In this document: in pieces, positions 30,384-41,423 of the stretch
How the letters are laid out: the number at the start of each line of letters is the position of its first letter
Position numbering within the stretch: the stretch's first letter is position 1
Source of the DNA: Nitrosopumilaceae archaeon
GTDB lineage: Archaea; Thermoproteota; Nitrososphaeria; Nitrososphaerales; Nitrosopumilaceae
Assembly: GCA_965200155.1 (NCBI GenBank)
Contig: CBDATR010000034.1
Span: 96,001 to 160,000, forward strand
Reading direction: 5' to 3'
Length of the DNA: 64,000 bases
The notes under the pieces: generated by a model
The model's input: only the letters and a program-made list of their open reading frames with translations
What the model was told of the DNA's origin: nothing
The model's database searches: none
Translations under genes and position numbers: made by a program

Positions 30384-33300
30384 TTGCTCTGGTGGATTGT
30401 CTTTGTGGCGGTACTGGCTGTACCTATGGCCTATGCCCAGGTAGTGGAGACCGCCCAGTATACGCCGGACGAGGGACTGGTTACCATAAATACCAGTTAT
30501 GATATTGATCAATTCAACGTATACATCAACTACATATCAATCCAGGACGGGAATCAACGGATAGACATTGTCGGGAGAGATCTTGTCAGCGTGTCGGAGC
30601 GCGGCCTTGTACTGGACCTGGATGACGATACCTTGGACATACTACTATCCATGGACCGGCCCACACTACACCTGGAGCCGGGGGCTTTTAACTCCAATCG
30701 CGGACCCAGCGTGGCTCAGGAGATAGTCCTGGCCAGCACCATACGATTGGGCGTGATTCCGCCTGATGATGCAACCGCTGCCGTCTTTGGGCTCTCGGCG
30801 AGTCACTTTAACGACATGCTGGTTCAGCAGGGCGCCCCCTGGCACCTTGATATCATATATGGTGACAACTCTGATACCGTTGAGTCCTTGCGATTACTCC
30901 AGCAGGAGGGAGCTATTGCCGTTATAGGAGACAGTTCCATATTGGATGCCAAGATAATAGTGGGCGGCGACACCATAGTATTGGCATGCTGCACGCAGGA
31001 TGTGGACGGTACACTATTGCCCGCATACTCTAGTATGCACTCGCTGGCACCTGATGACACCCACAGCCTATCGGCCACGCTAAATACCATGGTTCACCAA
31101 GGCATAACATTCATCATACCAGTATACCCGGACACCGTGCAGGGCAGGCTGGCATATGATTACGTGACAAATAACTCCCAGGTTAGTGTGGATACGGGAA
31201 TACGATACTCATCGACAATACTGCCTGAACACATTGTGCTTCACATGTCTGATATAGTACGAAATAACATCGATGCGTCCATCGGAATATTGCTCATGGA
31301 TGTATCTGACTCTACAGGCATACTGGCCGCGGCCGCGGCCGAACCTCATCTTGGTGCTGCGCGCTGGTATGGACTGGGAAATAATACTGACATACTGGAC
31401 AACGAGAATGCTGCATACATGGCCAATGTAGGCCACTACACCATACCAGTACACAGTGTCACCAGGGGGGCACTTAGCGCTACAATAGACGCTATATTAC
31501 ACGAGGAGTTCCCCCATGTGCCACACCATGCGTATAATGCATATGATGCCATACAGGTACTAGGATACGCCATAGCCGGAGTTGAGCAGTCCCCGTATCC
31601 CGGTTATCCAGCATCTGGCGAGGTATTGTCCCGCACGGAACTGGAACCAGCTACTCTATCCCGGAACCTCCGGTATGTGACACAGGAGTATGGTGGCGTC
31701 TCCGGATACCTGGGCATGGACGAGGCCGGAGCGCTGATGGCGCCCACACTGGACATGATGGAAGTACGGGGTCCCTGGTGGGTACGATCCGCCGTATATG
31801 GAATGCCAGCCATGGAATTTGTGGGCTGGTCCATGCTGGGCGACACTACAACACACGGGAATCTGTACAGCCCGCGACAGGGTACAGTCACAGATACCAT
31901 AAACATAGGATTGCTAGTGCAGGATGGCGACGTATCGCGTATGAGAACAATATCGCACATGGGAATCGCCAGTGTCATGCCAGAATTAGCGGATGTGGTA
32001 CCGGATATTATCACGCGTACGGGCAATGACACGCTGGGAATACTGGCAGACTATTATACAGCCGGGATAGATACCATAGTACAATACTCCACTGAGCCAC
32101 AGACACAAGCCGCGGCCATATTTGTTAACGCCAACGACATGATACTGATAAGTCCCATATCCAGCTCCGATAACCTGGGCCGGGCTGCCGATAACATATT
32201 CAGGCTGACTCCTCCGGATCCTGCCCTTTACAATGTAATAACGGGAACCATGAGAGATGATGGCATACTGGGCCTTCTCATAGTACATGACGCCGGGACT
32301 TTGGATATGGCCGAACAGGTGGCTCTTCAGTTCGGCGAGGGTGCAGTACTGACTGGTGATATCCGCGACGCAAATGATATCGTGATATCGCTGAACCAGC
32401 AGTATGGCCAAGAGTACACCGGAATACTCGCTCTGGGAGATGACATCCCGGGTATGCTGGATTTTGCCGTACCATACGTTGATATGGTATCTGCACCCTG
32501 GTATGGGGTGGCCGGGGCACTACCCAATACGTACGGCATAACATATACCATGATAGGCCAGGCAGTATCCGGCTCGCCCCATACACAGCTTGTAATGAAT
32601 TCAATATCATCACTGCATGGAGTAGTTACACCGCAGGATATGGCCACATTAGAGTCAGTACGGCTGGCCGCCTGGGCACTGTCAGATGATAATGATTCGC
32701 CATACCTGTCCATACTGAGAGCTTCCTCGCAGATGTCGCCGCTGTTACTGGAATCAACAAGACTGGATGTTAACGGCGATCTCAACGACACCACTCACGA
32801 TATATGGAGGGCAGAACAGTCAGCGTGGATTCATGATCACACACGGGACGCAGATGGGAATATAGTAACAAGTGTATCGGTGGGGCTAGCCATTCCCGTT
32901 ACCGGCGAAAAAAATGGTGACGGCCATAACCAGTTGCAGGCGGCCCAGCAGGCCTCATCAGTGTATGGCGGTTCACTGCGTCTTGTCCTTGCAGACACGC
33001 AGGGTGAGCCGCGGCACGCCCTATCCGCGATAGAGACGCTACACGAGCGGGGGATAACTACCATAATAGGTATACCGGATAGCGCCTCGCTGGAGCATAT
33101 ATCATCATACGTGAATGACAATAACATACTAGTCCTGAGCTGCTGCTCGGACTCACCTGAACTGGCATTGCCTGATTCCATATACCGCTTACAGCCGTCC
33201 TTTGATGAGCAGGTACGGGCCCTGCAGCAGGCTATACTACAGGACAGTGTATCACAACTGGTAATAGTTCATGATAATGACCCCCGGGATACACACCTGA

Positions 33301-33794
33301 TAGGTGCCATGCAGGATACATTTGACGTGTATGATGTGGCATCTACGGACGAGCAGTGGACCATAAATACAATTGAGCAATGGGAGCGAGTCTCCCGGGA
33401 GACGCCAGCCGGTATTATTCTAACAGATACAAATGGCGCCCGCGATATAATGAATCTGGCTAGCGTATCGCCGGACTTGGCCGGGGCAAAATGGTATGGG
33501 ATAACCAAGGACTCTATACTGCCCGATAATGTATCCGGTTCCATAAACTTTGTAGTGGTATATCCGTCCCAGCAGGCCGATATTGCAACGTATGGCGCCG
33601 TTATTCTGGTGGGCGCCGCCGCTGAAATAGTGAATGTGGGCACCGGCTCCATACTTTCTGAAATAATCCCCGCAATAGCTGGCAGCGTTGATCAAGCGCC
33701 CCTGCCTCTTGATGAGTTCGGTGACATAATGGCTACAGAATATAATATTCTGACATATGTCGGGGACCGGTGGATTGTAACCGGTATACCGTAG
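30384..33794 (+). CDS. Large secreted protein with about three tandem type I substrate-binding (LivK/ANF-receptor-like) domains
   Basis: Signal peptide ending AYA; repeated modules IRLGVI..LACC..SLAPDD..WYG, INIGLL..FRLTPPD..WYG, VGLAIPVTGE..LSCCS..YRLQP..WYG. Confidence 0.75.
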   Translation: MLWWIVFVAVLAVPMAYAQVVETAQYTPDEGLVTINTSYDIDQFNVYINYISIQDGNQRIDIVGRDLVSVSERGLVLDLDDDTLDILLSMDRPTLHLEPGAFNSNRGPSVAQEIVLASTIRLGVIPPDDATAAVFGLSASHFNDMLVQQGAPWHLDIIYGDNSDTVESLRLLQQEGAIAVIGDSSILDAKIIVGGDTIVLACCTQDVDGTLLPAYSSMHSLAPDDTHSLSATLNTMVHQGITFIIPVYPDTVQGRLAYDYVTNNSQVSVDTGIRYSSTILPEHIVLHMSDIVRNNIDASIGILLMDVSDSTGILAAAAAEPHLGAARWYGLGNNTDILDNENAAYMANVGHYTIPVHSVTRGALSATIDAILHEEFPHVPHHAYNAYDAIQVLGYAIAGVEQSPYPGYPASGEVLSRTELEPATLSRNLRYVTQEYGGVSGYLGMDEAGALMAPTLDMMEVRGPWWVRSAVYGMPAMEFVGWSMLGDTTTHGNLYSPRQGTVTDTINIGLLVQDGDVSRMRTISHMGIASVMPELADVVPDIITRTGNDTLGILADYYTAGIDTIVQYSTEPQTQAAAIFVNANDMILISPISSSDNLGRAADNIFRLTPPDPALYNVITGTMRDDGILGLLIVHDAGTLDMAEQVALQFGEGAVLTGDIRDANDIVISLNQQYGQEYTGILALGDDIPGMLDFAVPYVDMVSAPWYGVAGALPNTYGITYTMIGQAVSGSPHTQLVMNSISSLHGVVTPQDMATLESVRLAAWALSDDNDSPYLSILRASSQMSPLLLESTRLDVNGDLNDTTHDIWRAEQSAWIHDHTRDADGNIVTSVSVGLAIPVTGEKNGDGHNQLQAAQQASSVYGGSLRLVLADTQGEPRHALSAIETLHERGITTIIGIPDSASLEHISSYVNDNNILVLSCCSDSPELALPDSIYRLQPSFDEQVRALQQAILQDSVSQLVIVHDNDPRDTHLIGAMQDTFDVYDVASTDEQWTINTIEQWERVSRETPAGIILTDTNGARDIMNLASVSPDLAGAKWYGITKDSILPDNVSGSINFVVVYPSQQADIATYGAVILVGAAAEIVNVGTGSILSEIIPAIAGSVDQAPLPLDEFGDIMATEYNILTYVGDRWIVTGIP

Positions 33795-33802
33795 TCCGAG
33801 TA

Positions 33803-34081
33803 TCATGAAAAGCGCTTGATTACATGATATCCATACTGGGTCTTTATCGGCTCTGATACCTGTCCTATACCAAGACTGAACGCGGCATCCTCGAACGGTT
33901 TCACCATGCGACCCCGTGCAAAGTATCCCAGGTTGCCATTACGCTTGGCGCTGGGCGCATCAATGGATAGCTCTTTGGCCAGTACCCCGAACTTCTCGCC
34001 ATTCTTGAGGCGCTCCAGTACTTGTAGTGCCTCGCCCTTCTTCTTTACCAGTATGTGGGAGCATTTTATCTTGGCCTGCAT
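33803..34081 (-). CDS. Parvulin-type peptidyl-prolyl isomerase
   Basis: CSHILVK, GNLGYF, MVKPFEDAAF, TQYGYHVIK. Confidence 0.93.
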   Translation of the reverse strand: MQAKIKCSHILVKKKGEALQVLERLKNGEKFGVLAKELSIDAPSAKRNGNLGYFARGRMVKPFEDAAFSLGIGQVSEPIKTQYGYHVIKRFS

Positions 34082-34208
34082 GGTGATGTGATACAGTATA
34101 TTTCGTATATAGACTAAGTGATTGCAGTACCTGTGACGAGAATCTAGCGCACGGTAGAACTACCCGGGTATGCAGTTATCTATACCCTGACAAAATATCA
34201 AAACCCGC

Positions 34209-34571
34209 GAGTTTGTTGCATAACTGACTTTGACAGAATACAGGTTCCCCATGTCGTGATCTACGTTGCTGCCGCGTCCACCAACTTGTTGTACTCGTAT
34301 GTTATCCCATTTCCGCGCCATTAATCCGCGCCCGAATAATCGTTTGAACGGGAACCAGCTCTATGATTATCTCGATTATCCATCGCCTGTTGTACCCTTT
34401 TGCCGCCTTCCAGTACTGCTTGTTTTCGGCCTTTTCCTCATCAGAAAGGCGGAAAATGGGCGATTCCGGACTTCCTACAAGACTGCAAGTCCCCATGAGT
34501 TACCTTTCGTTTGGTGGAATTTAGCTGAAGTGGAATGGTTGTCCGGATTCGATTATCACTGCACAATTTCA
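34209..34571 (-). mobile_element. Right-end fragment of the IS903-group element
   Basis: Near-identical to 5838-6199; cut by a MITE. Confidence 0.85.
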
Positions 34572-34672
34572 GTATGAGTTCACGTCTTCCGGAATCTTGT
34601 GCACAAATCACATTAACTAGAACAACCTATTCCATCAGTTATGCGTAAATTTAGACACAGGCGAACTCACAC
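34572..34672 (+). mobile_element. MITE family A (101-bp type), no TSD
   Basis: TIRs; flanks differ. Confidence 0.9.
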
Positions 34673-34765
34673 AATCAGTTATCATGCAGACTGTAGTGAA
34701 TTCTATCGGTAAAGCTAGGACACAAGAATGATTTGGTATCCGAGTATCCGGTGCATTACATAAGT

Positions 34766-35620
34766 TTAGTCCGACCCAATCATATCTGGATTCCACAACC
34801 CGCGCCTGGTGGCCTCGCCAATTATGGTGTCATATATGCCGGATGCCACATCAAAACATTGGTCAGCCAGTTCCTTGGCTACGGGAATCTTACCATACCT
34901 TGGCGCCTGGTTCATCACTGTTAGAGTGTCCAGATCAGATTTGGATGCTTTAATCCCCCAGTCAGTCGGAACCATGCTGTAAAGGTCTACCAGCTTATGC
35001 GTATGAATGGGCTCGATTCCCGACCATGCCAGCACCGCTTTCAGGGCTTTTTCAGCCGCCTGTTGGGAGGCGTATGCACGGTAGTCTATTTCATATTGTT
35101 CATTGGAATAAACTTTTTTTGCCAACAAAAGATCCTTAAGCGTATGTTCCATGAATTGTGAGCCGGACTCCATGTCATCGGTATAATATAGGTCGTATTT
35201 TAGTATCTGATTGCCGTATAATTCCACTCCTTCCAGTAGGGCCATTCTTTGCACCGAGCCGCGCAAATGGGAATACTTTTCCATGGATGATGGTGTTTCC
35301 ACTATTTTATTGACATCCATTCCCAAACCACTGTCAAGGTATGATGTGCTTAGACTAGCCACCCTCGTATTGGTGCCCTCGGGCATTACAATCATGATAT
35401 CAATATCGCTGTACTTGCTGTAGTCGCCCCGGGCCATGGATCCGAATAATATGACCGATAATGGTTTCAAGTCACGCACTATTCTCTTACAGACAAGTTG
35501 TATTATGCTTGCCTGCTCTGGCAATAACATTGCTACCAATGAGGGCGGCAACGTGATAGAATGATGCTTGGTAGTCATTATATTTGGAGGTGGTAAATCG
35601 GCCAACTCTGTGGATGTCAT
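34766..35620 (-). CDS. Fused MNT (minimal nucleotidyltransferase)-HEPN protein
   Basis: LFGSMARGD..SDIDI, then QQAAEKALKA, HTHKL, PRY. Confidence 0.85.
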   Translation of the reverse strand: MTSTELADLPPPNIMTTKHHSITLPPSLVAMLLPEQASIIQLVCKRIVRDLKPLSVILFGSMARGDYSKYSDIDIMIVMPEGTNTRVASLSTSYLDSGLGMDVNKIVETPSSMEKYSHLRGSVQRMALLEGVELYGNQILKYDLYYTDDMESGSQFMEHTLKDLLLAKKVYSNEQYEIDYRAYASQQAAEKALKAVLAWSGIEPIHTHKLVDLYSMVPTDWGIKASKSDLDTLTVMNQAPRYGKIPVAKELADQCFDVASGIYDTIIGEATRRGLWNPDMIGSD

Positions 35621-36803
35621 GGTATTATGATGCGCGTGGTGGTATATTAGTCACTTTGAGAGTATCTGTATGATATTTTGTAAATCTGCCAGTCGTGTCA
35701 ACTAACCATTCCACAACCCGCGCCTAGTGGACTCGTCAATTATTGGAGAATATGCAGAATCAGACAAATCATCAATTTCCAAAACAAAACATTTCTAAGT
35801 GGAATTATTCCAGTAAATATGATGCCCAAATTTAAGACACTCCCTGAAGAAATGAAGCGTCTTCAAGTGAGTCTTGAACGCGCACATAAGGGGATAAAAA
35901 AGAGGGATAAAAAGCTGGAAGAGAGAGATAGGAAGATCAAGGAACTGGAAGAGTCACCTGCAAACTTAACCACACATGAAAGATGATGCATATCTTCACA
36001 AGATGATCAAAGAGAAAGCTGATCCGGATGATGTACGCCATTACGTAAATTTGGAAAACACAGTAAAGGATCACAAAAAGATGCATGACACTGCATTGTT
36101 GACAATCGAGGCATTCTGGTACATTTGCAGTCGTGTGTCAAAAAACATAGGCAATCACGAAAAGACTCTACTATTCAAGGATCTAGATGCGAATTCAGCC
36201 GAACCGGGGTCCAGACGCAAGCTGCTCTTTCATCATGCTACTAGAGCCAGATCAAAAATGACCGAAGCTGAAATAGTAGCGGGGTGAACCAGTCCACGGT
36301 GAGTCGCTATGTCAGCGTCTTATCAAAACCTGTACAGGAAGCACTGGTATCACCGGTGAAGATAACTGAGGCCATAGGTGCGGCAAAAACCAACGAGGAT
36401 ATCACGAACATGCTGGCAGAGGAGGATGGCGTCATACCTTTGATACTGGATGGTACTGCAGTACGGACGGTGCGTCCCATAGACCCCCGGAAACAAAAAA
36501 GTCAATACTCCGGAAAAAAGAAATCACACGGATACACCATACTAATACTGACCGATATTCACGGGGCCACAATATGGACCAGCGACGCCTTTGATGGCAG
36601 TACGCATGATTTTAGTATTCTAAAGCAGTCCATGGCAAAGCTAAATGGTCTAGGATTACTATTTGAGGCCATGATCAAAAAGAACTCCGGATTGAAGGTA
36701 AAACTGTACACGGATCTGGGATTTGTGGGTATAGAAAAGATATTACCGGGAATAATATCCATCCAGCCGCTCAAGAGATCAAAACATGAGAAACTAACAG
36801 AAG

Positions 36804-36895
36804 GTATGAGTTCACGTCTTCCGGAATCTTGTGCACAAATCACATTAACTGTCGCGATCAGTTATGCGTAAATTTAGACACAGGTGAACTCATAC
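36804..36895 (+). mobile_element. MITE family A (92-bp type)
   Basis: TIRs; 8-bp TSD aacagaag. Confidence 0.92.
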
Positions 36896-36968
36896 AACAG
36901 AAGAGCAGAGGAAACACAACGCGCGTATAAACAAGACCAGAATAAAGGTAGAGCAAAGTATAGGGAAG

Positions 36969-38642
36969 GTATGAGTTCACGTGTTTTGATCATTCACTAA
37001 GATATAGATTGGTATGGCAATATTTTACTTAAATACCAAATTTGCAATAAGAATCTAATGAGAAGACGCCGGTCCTATAAGGAATTGGAACTGGAAAATA
37101 AACTTCTTCAGGATACCCTTGCGTCTACCGAGAAAGATCTTGCACATTACAAGGAACGTATGAGAGTATTGGAAGCATATGTGTCCCGCACCATAAAAGA
37201 AATACGAAATCTCACACAAGATTTCCAAATTATTAGGAATTATGTAAATGAATTGAATGAGAAATTAGTAGAAAAAGACAGGAAAATTGCGGTACTCACA
37301 ACGCGACTTAAATATTATGAGAATGCTCACTCGCCACCATCCCTTCAATCCCTCCAGTACAAGAAGCGAAAACAGGAGGAGCAGAAGCGAAAACAGGGAG
37401 ATAATAAGAAACAGAAAGAAGCCAGTACTAAATCAGCCAAAAAGGCTGGCGCTCAAAAGGGACACAAGGGGGTTTCCCGTTCCCACAACCCCGGCAGAAT
37501 AGTGCATCACACCTTTGAGCATACTCCACTATGTGAGTGCGGCAATATGATGACAAAAATTGGTTGGAAACAACGACACATAACGGAATTAATACCAGCC
37601 AAAATAGAGGAGACCCACCATATGATAGAAATGGCTGCATGCAAGTGCGGCAAAAAACAACTGGCCCCAGCAGCGGGCGTCCCAAAGAGTGGTAGTTTTG
37701 GGGTTAAATTATGCGGTGCCATCACTGCATTGCGTGCGGAAAAGATTCCAATAAAACGCATACCTGTAATTTCGAGGGATCTCTTCGGCCTAAATATATC
37801 GGTGGGTGCAGTAAACAACATAATTGCCAGGGCCGCCGATGCATGTGAATCATTTATGGAAACAATTCATGAGAATATAATAAAATCACCCAGCATTCAT
37901 GTGGACGAAACTGGTATATCACTGGCGGGTAGGCGTGGCTGGGTATGGGGGATGCGAGCCGAAGAGTGGATGATGTCCATATATGACAAAAGTAGGAGTT
38001 CAAATGTAGTGAACAAATACCTGAACGGTTACCATGGTGCGATAGTCACAGACAGGTACGTTGTGTACCGCCGGTTTGATGACGGTGGGAAGCACCAGTT
38101 GTGTTGGGCGCATTTATTGCGCGATACCCAGGCATTACATGCAGGATTCTATATCGATCCCGGTGCTCAGGACACCCGGATCAAACTTGACAACGACCTG
38201 AAAGGATTGTTCCGGAGCGCACGGGAATCCCTGAATCACTGCGGGCCGTCCGCGCAATTACGACACTCATTTGAGACAGGAGCAGAATCCATTCTGCATC
38301 AGTACTGTGATGTTGATGATACTGAACTACAAAAGAAGGTAAAAGGATTGAATAAGGCCATACCCGGCATGTTCGTATTCTTAGAATATGACAGTGTAGA
38401 GCCTACCAACAATCCAGCGGAGCAGGCTTTGCGATACGCAGTGGTATTCCGCAAGATCAGTGGTCAGATAAAGGGTGGCGAAAGGGCAATGCGCCGCATG
38501 TCTACATTTGTATCATGTGTTCAGACATGGAGGGCTCAGGGCCTTTCTGTAATGAACGAGGTTGCTGCCAGAATGCAGTTATAATTAAAAAAACTGGGAT
38601 GTATTCTATATTATTATGTGATCAAAACACGTGAACTCATAC
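36969..38642 (+). mobile_element. Complete single-ORF IS66-family element (ISBst12-like), 1674 bp
   Basis: Perfect 24-bp TIR gtatgagttcacgtgttttgatca; 8-bp TSD tagggaag. Confidence 0.92.
37058..38584 (+). CDS. IS66-family transposase
   Basis: Coiled coil, NAHSPPS, GAQKGHKG, HVDETG, VTDRY, QLCWAHLLR, PTNNPAEQALR. Confidence 0.93.
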   Translation: MRRRRSYKELELENKLLQDTLASTEKDLAHYKERMRVLEAYVSRTIKEIRNLTQDFQIIRNYVNELNEKLVEKDRKIAVLTTRLKYYENAHSPPSLQSLQYKKRKQEEQKRKQGDNKKQKEASTKSAKKAGAQKGHKGVSRSHNPGRIVHHTFEHTPLCECGNMMTKIGWKQRHITELIPAKIEETHHMIEMAACKCGKKQLAPAAGVPKSGSFGVKLCGAITALRAEKIPIKRIPVISRDLFGLNISVGAVNNIIARAADACESFMETIHENIIKSPSIHVDETGISLAGRRGWVWGMRAEEWMMSIYDKSRSSNVVNKYLNGYHGAIVTDRYVVYRRFDDGGKHQLCWAHLLRDTQALHAGFYIDPGAQDTRIKLDNDLKGLFRSARESLNHCGPSAQLRHSFETGAESILHQYCDVDDTELQKKVKGLNKAIPGMFVFLEYDSVEPTNNPAEQALRYAVVFRKISGQIKGGERAMRRMSTFVSCVQTWRAQGLSVMNEVAARMQL

Positions 38643-39070
38643 TAGGGAAGATCAAAATGTCAACTAGAATGTCCGACATATATCTTGGAACCATAGATAT
38701 GAAGAGTTTCAGATGGCTTGTGCCATAGTAAACACAATGGTCATATATTAGTCGGGATCAGGATCCCTTCGGACTGCTACCAGCACCGGAATAAGATCCG
38801 TCATGTTCTGATGTCGTCGGGTGTATGTTTCCCTATTCCTCAGATAGTCGTTAACAGTTTCATGCGGGGCACATTATTGTGATTCCCCACATGTTTTTCC
38901 GGCTTTTAGACTAAAAACGACTGTTTTATAATGAAAATTATGTAGATGAATTTATTCCTAGATATTGGCAGTAGATTCTGTACATTTTATGTTTTAGAGA
39001 ACTGATTATTTGTTTGATTCTACATATTCTCTATTACATCATACATGCAGGATGTCACAGCAACGCAGCG

Positions 39071-39162
39071 GTATGAGTTCACGTCTTCCGGAATCTTGTG
39101 CACAAATCACATTAACTGTCGCGATCAGTTGTGCGTAAATTTAGACACAGGTGAACTCATAC
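39071..39162 (+). mobile_element. MITE family A (92-bp type), no TSD
   Basis: TIRs; flanks differ. Confidence 0.92.
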
Positions 39163-39218
39163 CAAAATGTGTTCCAGTTTGTTATTATAATCTACGAAAA
39201 ATAAGTTGTAACCTACTC

Positions 39219-39446
39219 TTAGAAAAAACCTCTTGGCACGCTTGATGCAACAGATAACATGACTACTGCATAAAATATACCCCAAATAACAATGGGAAGC
39301 CATATTGACATTATGAGGAATTTTCTGGCTACAGCGTAATCATGTTCCTTGTAAAGGACGTAAAATGCAAGTCCGGCGGTCAAACCCAACAGAGCAATAC
39401 CCGGATACCACCAATTGGATACATTAATCGATGACATGAGTGTCAT
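39219..39446 (-). CDS. Small two-helix membrane protein
   Basis: 75 aa, two hydrophobic segments. Confidence 0.5.
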   Translation of the reverse strand: MTLMSSINVSNWWYPGIALLGLTAGLAFYVLYKEHDYAVARKFLIMSIWLPIVIWGIFYAVVMLSVASSVPRGFF

Positions 39447-39541
39447 AATTATACAAAAAGACTATTTAATAACAAGGTATGAGTTCACACATTCTTCAAT
39501 CGTGTGTCCCATATTTGTTTGTCTGCACCACATCAACCAGT

Positions 39542-40442
39542 AGACCGTATGCGCAGAATCACTTCTCCCACCCTGCACGTCTAAACCAAGTTTTTAGATA
39601 CGGGCAATTGACTTAGTATCATGGGTTTTCCCACACAGACTCGTGTGAAACAGAAAAGTTAAGACCTAATTTTGTAGTACCAGGTATGCTAAAAGCAGAA
39701 GAACTCACCAAGGAGCAGTTAGTCAGAGTACAACCGGATACACACCGAGTCTGAGGCCGAAGTAACAAACCTGCGTGGAAAACTTGAAGCTCACAAAGAA
39801 TGCCCTCGTTTCAAATCTTGATGACATCATAGAACGCAAGGATCAGCTTCATTCCCTGACCGGATGCACCCCGGAAGAGTTCAAATGGATACTAACCAGA
39901 TTCACAGAATACGTAGAGTCCCTGGAAGGCGATGATGCACGGCGATTCTTAGAACTTACAAATGATCGCGGGCACGTGAACAAATTTCCGGTCAGGCATG
40001 TACTCTTAGTTACACTGATACGCCTGCGCTGCAATACAAAGCAGGAGCTGCTGGCAGCAATACTCAAGATAAACCAGTCAAACATATGTAGTTACATCCA
40101 GTTTACAAAGCAGGGACTGATCAAGATACTTCCAACGGCCGATACCGTTGCAAAAGCAATATCGCAAATCAAGTCAGCATCGGACTTTAAGGAAATTGTT
40201 CCAGGCCGAGCCGGAGGGGAGATAAAGACTGACGGGACACATGTACGCGTACAGCGTCCTGAAAAAAATCAGGAGGCAATGTATTCTGGTAAACAAAAAA
40301 CCCACACGTATAACGTACAGATAACATCAAACAAGAAAAGACTGATAATTCACGTAAGTGGAGTATATGAGGGAAAAAGACACGATTATGGCATATTCAA
40401 GAATGACATTCCCCTTGGCGGCAAGTCCCTAGAAGAATCAAC
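39542..40442 (+). mobile_element. IS5-family (ISL2-type) element, left part, truncated by a MITE
   Basis: TIR agaccgtatgcgca; ORF 39775-40491 with SLTG, NQSNIC, TDGTH, YSGKQKTH. Confidence 0.82.
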
Positions 40443-40543
40443 GTATGAGTTCACGTCTTCCGGAATCTTATGTACAAATCACATTAACTAGAACAACCTG
40501 TTCCATCAGTTATGCGTAAATTTAGACATAGGTGAACTCACAC
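40443..40543 (+). mobile_element. MITE family A (101-bp type), no TSD
   Basis: TIRs; flanks differ. Confidence 0.92.
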
Positions 40544-40714
40544 GCGGGCCGTCCGCGCAATTACGACACTCCTTTGAGGCAGGAGCAGAATCCATTCTGC
40601 ATCAGTATTCTGATGTTGATGGTACTGAACTGCAAAAGAAGGTAAAAGGATTGAATAAGGCCATACCAGGCATGTTCGTATTCCTAGAATATGACAGTGT
40701 GGAGCCCACCAATA
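40544..40714 (+). mobile_element. Internal IS66 fragment between two MITEs
   Basis: Matches about 38241-38411. Confidence 0.8.
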
Positions 40715-40806
40715 GTATTAGTTCACCTGTGTCTAAATTTACGCATAACTGATCGCGACAGTTAATGTGATTTGTGCATAAGATTCCGGAAGACGTGAAC
40801 TCATAC
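40715..40806 (-). mobile_element. MITE family A (92-bp type), no TSD
   Basis: TIRs (one mismatch); flanks differ. Confidence 0.9.
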
Positions 40807-40983
40807 GAATAATTACGATAATATCTAACTAAAAAAACTTGGATATCTCCTACCAAGCCAAAAACGCTCTTTCTATATTATTATATGATCAAAACACCTG
40901 AACTCATACGATCAGGTCGCCCCACGAAAATAAAGCGAGAACAGCTGGAGAGGGCCCGTTTATGGGCGCAAAGCTACGTATTC

Positions 40984-41084
40984 GTATGAGTTCACGTCTT
41001 CCGGAATCTTATGTACAAATCACATTAACTAGAACAACCTGTTCCATCAGTTATGCGTAAATTTAGACACAGGTGAACTCATAC
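40984..41084 (+). mobile_element. MITE family A (101-bp type), no TSD
   Basis: TIRs; flanks differ. Confidence 0.92.
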
Positions 41085-41423
41085 TATTTCTTGATTATCC
41101 GTAATCACCGCTTGTATAGCAAATTAGACATATTCATGTACCTACCATACATGAAAGATGACAATAAATTGTACAACATAAAATTGTATGAAGATTTAAA
41201 ATTACGGAGTTTGTTGCGCAACTCCAAACAAGCAAAAAGTGTACATGAGAAACGGTTTGGGCATTTTGTTACAGTCTTGGATTCTATCATTAATACCCGA
41301 GTATGGTATTCATTGACAACGGCAAATACAACCAGTGAGCGGACGCGGCGGTGACATTGGAAAATTAGATCAAACTAGCCAAAACATCCAACATAAATAC
41401 AAGTAACACGCTCAGAACACACT

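Larger units (their letters stand above)
35822..38730 (+). pseudogene. Second IS5/DDE_Tnp_4-type transposase pseudogene, interrupted by a MITE and the IS66 element
   Basis: NQSTVSRY, LILDGT, YSGKKKSHG, GSTHD, YTDLGFVG, RIKVEQSIG. Confidence 0.7.

Noticed and set aside
41206-41290. Palindrome ggagtttgttgcgcaactcc as a regulatory site
   Set aside because: It continues into sequence matching the left end of the IS903-group element (about 7000-7083), so it is an IS stub
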